A DNA stretch of 43,260 nucleotides from Phoronis australis. Lineage: Eukaryota > Animalia > Phoronida. Below the pieces are notes generated by a model. That model searched no databases. It was not told the origin of the DNA and worked only from the letters and a program-made list of their open reading frames with translations. This document shows, one piece after another, positions 39,272-43,260 of this stretch. How positions within the stretch are numbered: position 1 is the first letter of the stretch; each line of letters begins with the position of its first letter. The stretch is from contig NMRA01000155.1 in the NCBI GenBank assembly GCA_002633005.1, forward strand, positions 133,779-177,038. The letters are read 5' to 3'. The position numbers and the translations under genes are program-made.

Positions 39272-39347
39272 TATTTGCCCTTCAGCTGAGAAATGTGCAC
39301 CGCTTGACCACGTGCATGTATAGCAGGTATGAAAAAATCGCGTTCGA

Positions 39348-39446
39348 GTGACCAATTCCTTCGAAAACTATGCGATTGTATCGTAGGCCTACAGATCTAG
39401 CCTCGCGTTGCCAACCACAGCGCGTGACCAATTTCTTCGAAAACTA
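39348..39446. promoter_or_regulatory. Duplicated 23-bp element containing CCAAT and TTC-N3/N4-GAA (STAT-like)
   Basis: GTGACCAATT(C/T)CTTCGAAAACTA at 39348-39370 and 39424-39446. Confidence 0.4.
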
Positions 39447-39627
39447 GCCTATGAGTTCCATATGTAGTATTCTATTATTAGGAAGAGCTTTCGACCCAGA
39501 CTAGCCGTGAGGTTTTGCACCGTGTGTCGGTTATCTGTCGATCAACTGAGCTTTGATCGAATGTTGTACTTATCAGTTCAAGCGTAACTCCATTGCTTCA
39601 TTTTCATTTTGTCATGTTTATTCACCA

Positions 39628-39639
39628 GGGGAAACTCCC
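39628..39639. promoter_or_regulatory. NF-kB/Rel-like site upstream of gene B
   Basis: GGGGAAACTCCC fits GGGRNNYYCC, about 360 bp upstream of the ATG. Confidence 0.5.
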
Positions 39640-40854
39640 GAGGTAAGGTCTCAGCCAACCAGCTATTGCCCGGCAAAATTGGTCATTCTTTGTACGTGCC
39701 TGCCTTTGATCCTGGCTAGATGCTGGGAATACCGAGGCCTCTGACATAGCTTTCAGTCTTATAATCACTTTCGACAACCTTGACTTTTGTCACATATTTT
39801 TAGGGAAAGAAGCGATATTTTGGTTTCAGAATGAGAAGTTTAGGCTTTAGCAACAGGTTTCTGTGCAAACATATTGTTTTCAATTGTTTCATGTGTTCAA
39901 AAAATATCGTTTCTTTATCATGAATTCAATTTGACTTGTTAAATGCATTTAACGTCATTATTTTGACATTTAGCATTTTAGTTTTATATCAACCCTTACG
40001 GTTTATTTTGCTTTACTCATCTCTATTTGTGGCCTGAACACAAAATACACTACAATTGGTAGAAACACGATTATATATATTGCATTACTTTCAGTTCAGC
40101 TCCGTGCGCAATATTTTCTCATGCCAATACTACACTATATGATATGAGTTCTGAAAACTAGCTGTTTATTTAATGCGCCGAACATATTTTCCGACCAATA
40201 ACAAAGTTCCAGTTCTTCACAAGCCCAGGAATTCGTTCTAATTTGACTAAAGATCAAGTCGAGATTAGTTTTATAATGTCGTGTGGCTTGAATCAAAACT
40301 TATTTTTCAAAGAAGGCGACTTTACATGTACATGTACGTCAGCTTTCACATTGACTGATATGACTTTGCAGGAGATGCAGAAACAGTTTTCATGCTAGGA
40401 AACTGAGCTAATATAATTGGGTGTACTTGCAGCAATGGGTTTTTCAGCAGGATCCTCTGTACTCTTCAGTCATGGGCTGTCCCATGTCTGGGGGACGAAG
40501 GTCCACTGTTCGATACCTTGAAGAATTTTGTAATATCAACAGCACATTAATTACTTTTCTCAGAGACCACTCATTTGGCACGCACATTTATTTGATATTT
40601 AACTGTATATCAGAGAACTTCTTAAACAAACCCACTGTCAACTTCTGACCCTGTATTTTAAAATTGCCACCTGCTGGATTTGACAATCTAGGGCTAGCGT
40701 TCTATGTTCATATGCTGATTTTAGCAGCGACTTTGATTGTATAAATAGAAATCCTATTTGGACAATACTGATTGATGCTTTTTGGAAAGCAAATGTTTTA
40801 GCGAGACATGAGCGATGATTCTACAAGCAGAAGCAGCTCGATGATGCAGCAGGT

Positions 40855-42320
40855 GTAAGTACCTAGGTGTTGATTTTTCAACTGGGTCCGGTCTCTAATG
40901 TTTGTACTCAAAACAAACTCGAAATTGTTTTTGGCAATTTCTCTGCTCTTTTTGTGCGAACTCAAGATAACTGGTCATCAGACTGAGCTCGAATACACAT
41001 GAGTTTATGCAAATGAGTTTCTTGTCCAAGTTTGTACTTGAAAAGCTTGATATTCGTTCCACCTTAGGTAAAAACTCGAAATTTTGAGTTCAAACTCGAA
41101 CATTAAGCCTTAATGTTGGGCTATATCATTTGCAAACTAGGACCAATAAATTATCCACGTAAGTCACTATGTACTCGAGCATGGAATAGTAGACACTTGA
41201 GTTCGCACATAAGTGGAGTAAAAAATGCCAAACATAATATCGAGTTCTATTTAGAGTAAAAAGAGTAGAGACTGGGCCCTGGTCGCTCTTGGCTCAAGAC
41301 ACAGAAAAGATTATCAAACCAGTCTTCAAAGGCAGTAATTACGTTAAAAAATCTTTGAAAACATATATCCCCATATTACTAGAAGTTACGGAAGTGAAGT
41401 TTGGGGACTTCACGAAGCCAGCAAAAGATGTTGAAACGTTGTAAAATAAACTCTTAAGAAATGTTCTGGGAGTGAAACAGTGTACACCGGTCACTGCAGC
41501 TCAAGCAGAAATTGGCAGAACCAGTTTATGATTTCTAACATATGAAAGACTTCCTAACCACTGGCTCAAGTTAATCAATTCTGGTCCATATTGGTATATA
41601 TTAAAATTGTATGAATAAAAATATGAGCTGGCATTGAGGGCACTGGACATTTGAGGATTGAAAGTGAAAATTCTTTTAAAAAACTGAGTTTTCGAGGAGA
41701 GTGGACTAACCAATTAGTAAAAATCAGGTGAGATTTGTAAAAGATCAGAAACAAAGACTCTTTAATTTAGCTCAGAATGATACTGTATGTGGGTATAGTT
41801 GAAGGCTATTCAAAACTTTCCCTGTACAATGATAAAGAATGGCTTAGTTTCGGAAAATTATTTAGAAGTGGTTAAAATCAAACTCTTAGGAATAGCACTG
41901 TCTCTCTTCCATGTGTTGTCACGTGGTTTGATGATGGAAAAGGGTAAGGAATCAGCTGTTCCGAGGGAGTATAGATCTTGTGAATTGGATCTAAACGTTG
42001 AAATTGAGTGTCATTTTCTCTGTCGTTGTACAATGCTGGAAAACCTTAGACAATGTATATTACCAGAATCTCAAAGGGAGTATTGCGGTCACCTGAACAG
42101 ATGTACCGACTGTTCTGAGATCAAAGTCTTAAATACGGCGGCAATGAAAGTAAAAAAAGCTTTGTTGCAAGAGGTTTAATTGCATAATTGCTTTGTTATC
42201 TCTGTAGCACATGCGTACATGTACATGCATGTATTTAATGACCGTGAGTGTCATTGTAAAGTTGTAAATACATGATTTCAAAAGGCGGTGGCCTATGAAA
42301 TAAATATGTATATAATAAAT
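40855..42320 (+). mobile_element. 5'-truncated, decayed non-LTR retrotransposon (CR1/L2 group, Crack/Daphne-like ORF2 C-terminus)
   Basis: KYLGV at about 40857; PIL..YGSEVWG at about 41370-41408; LGVKQCTP..A.QAEIGR; ENYL; LS.F..LS..L.ME.G; R.C...VE.E.HFL..C.....LR; AATAAA tail at about 42300-42320. Confidence 0.8.
40885..41278. mobile_element. PIF/Harbinger-like MITE nested in the LINE
   Basis: TIRs GGTCCGGTCTCTA...ACTC / GAGT...TAGAGACTGGGCC, 3-bp CTG duplication on both sides; related ACTCGA-rich fragments at about 23420-23940. Confidence 0.7.
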
Positions 42321-42337
42321 ATCTTGAGTTAATATAC

Positions 42338-43043
42338 CTGCATTTCATTGAAGTGGGATATTTATTAATTTATGCTCCCGACAATTCCGCAAAATAAAGG
42401 GAATTGCAATTCATCTTACGAGTAGCTTGTTTCGTCATGCAGGGCGACTGCAGTGGCGGTCTCAATCGGTGGTCGGCACTTTCTTAAATGTACATCAACA
42501 TTGGCATCACGAAACTTCATCTCGCCAACAAACATGCTTGAAGTTTCCAGGTTGTTGAATCCCAAGAGCCCTCGGAGCGTTTCTTCAGGAGAGACGTTTG
42601 CGTCTATGTTGAATTTCTTTAAAATAGCCTTCGGCTGATCATCGTAGATATGATGTGATCGCTTGCACCCGCTTCCAAATTTACAATTTTGGCTCGTGTA
42701 ATATTCACAAACGTGCAAATGCTTACATGTTTTGTTGTCACAGCCCTGGAACTTGTTGTAGTTCGTACAGATAATGGGAAGCGTACGGCAGCTTTTTGGC
42801 GGCAGTTTTTTATAAGCAAAACGAAACTCGTCTTCATTTACAATTTCATTAAAACCAGTTGCACGTATCATTACGTAATTATTGTGCTGGGTATGGAAAT
42901 TGTAGACGAATTAAGCACTCTTCCGCACTTTTCCCAAAATCTCAATCCACCGCAAATAGTCGGTGGGCCAGATCTCATAGCGTTCATCCCTGTGAGTACT
43001 TTGGGGGGCGACCTAGTTTTTTCTATGTGGCTAGATAATATAC
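42338..43043 (-). pseudogene. Degenerate duplicate of the PARP12/ZAP zinc-finger exon (CCCH3-4 intact; CCCH2 and CCCH5 frameshifted)
   Basis: ORF 42416-42871 has LPIICTNYNK..GC...CKHLHVCEYY....CKFG..CKRSH, clearly paralogous to gene B. Upstream, TIC...EKCG and YNFHTQHN lie in different frames with an in-frame TAA. Downstream, PFILRNC and KCR|gtatat (donor 42337) are out of frame. Confidence 0.7.
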
Positions 43044-43260
43044 CTATAAATTAAATTCCAAAAAGTTCCCACGTCTACACTTGCACATTTTTTTAAAAAA
43101 GGTGTTTTTGTTGCACAAAATATGATGCACATTCCTGCCACTTGATGGCGCTTTTCTATTGAATTGACCAATCAGAGAGCCAGATTGTATTGTTGTGCTT
43201 AGTTACTTCAATATGGCTGCTCCCATGGAGTGTGATGCCTGTATAATTCAAGGTTTATCA

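Noticed and set aside
41799-42179. 126-aa ORF as a host gene
   Set aside because: It matches the C-terminal zinc-knuckle region of a decayed LINE ORF2
42420-42871. Duplicate finger exon spliced to the acceptor at 39285 to give a longer multi-finger protein
   Set aside because: A phase-2 donor joined to that phase-1 acceptor gives an immediate TGA
42689-43054. 121-aa plus-strand ORF and other antisense ORFs over exons
   Set aside because: Shadows of the opposite-strand coding sequence with no motifs

Overview
Eukaryotic, intron-rich animal DNA (probably an invertebrate; the taxon cannot be fixed from the sequence). It is not prokaryotic and has no CRISPR, rRNA or convincing tRNA. The window holds a small cluster of PARP12/ZC3HAV1(ZAP)-like genes (CCCH zinc fingers, tandem WWE, PARP domain with an H-Y-I mono-ART triad). 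Gene A (+) has 7 visible exons at 889-11811 and its zinc-finger exon lies upstream of the window. Gene B (-) is complete, 8 coding exons at 39271-25520, about 669 aa. The two genes are convergent and have the same intron positions and phases. A frameshifted third copy of the zinc-finger exon lies at about 42338-43043 (-). Introns and intergenic DNA carry many transposon relics: three TTAA-type, THAP-bearing Kolobok-like elements (two inverted relative to each other in one intron of gene A), a Helentron/HINE-like element whose higher-order repeat carries six regularly spaced CTCF-like motifs, a LINE 3' fragment interrupted by a Harbinger-like MITE, several small MITEs and a (TATG)n microsatellite. 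NF-kB-, STAT- and IRF-like motifs lie upstream of gene B. Single Ns at 818, 27146 and 36511 may be assembly joins. All exon models were read by eye and need RNA-seq confirmation.
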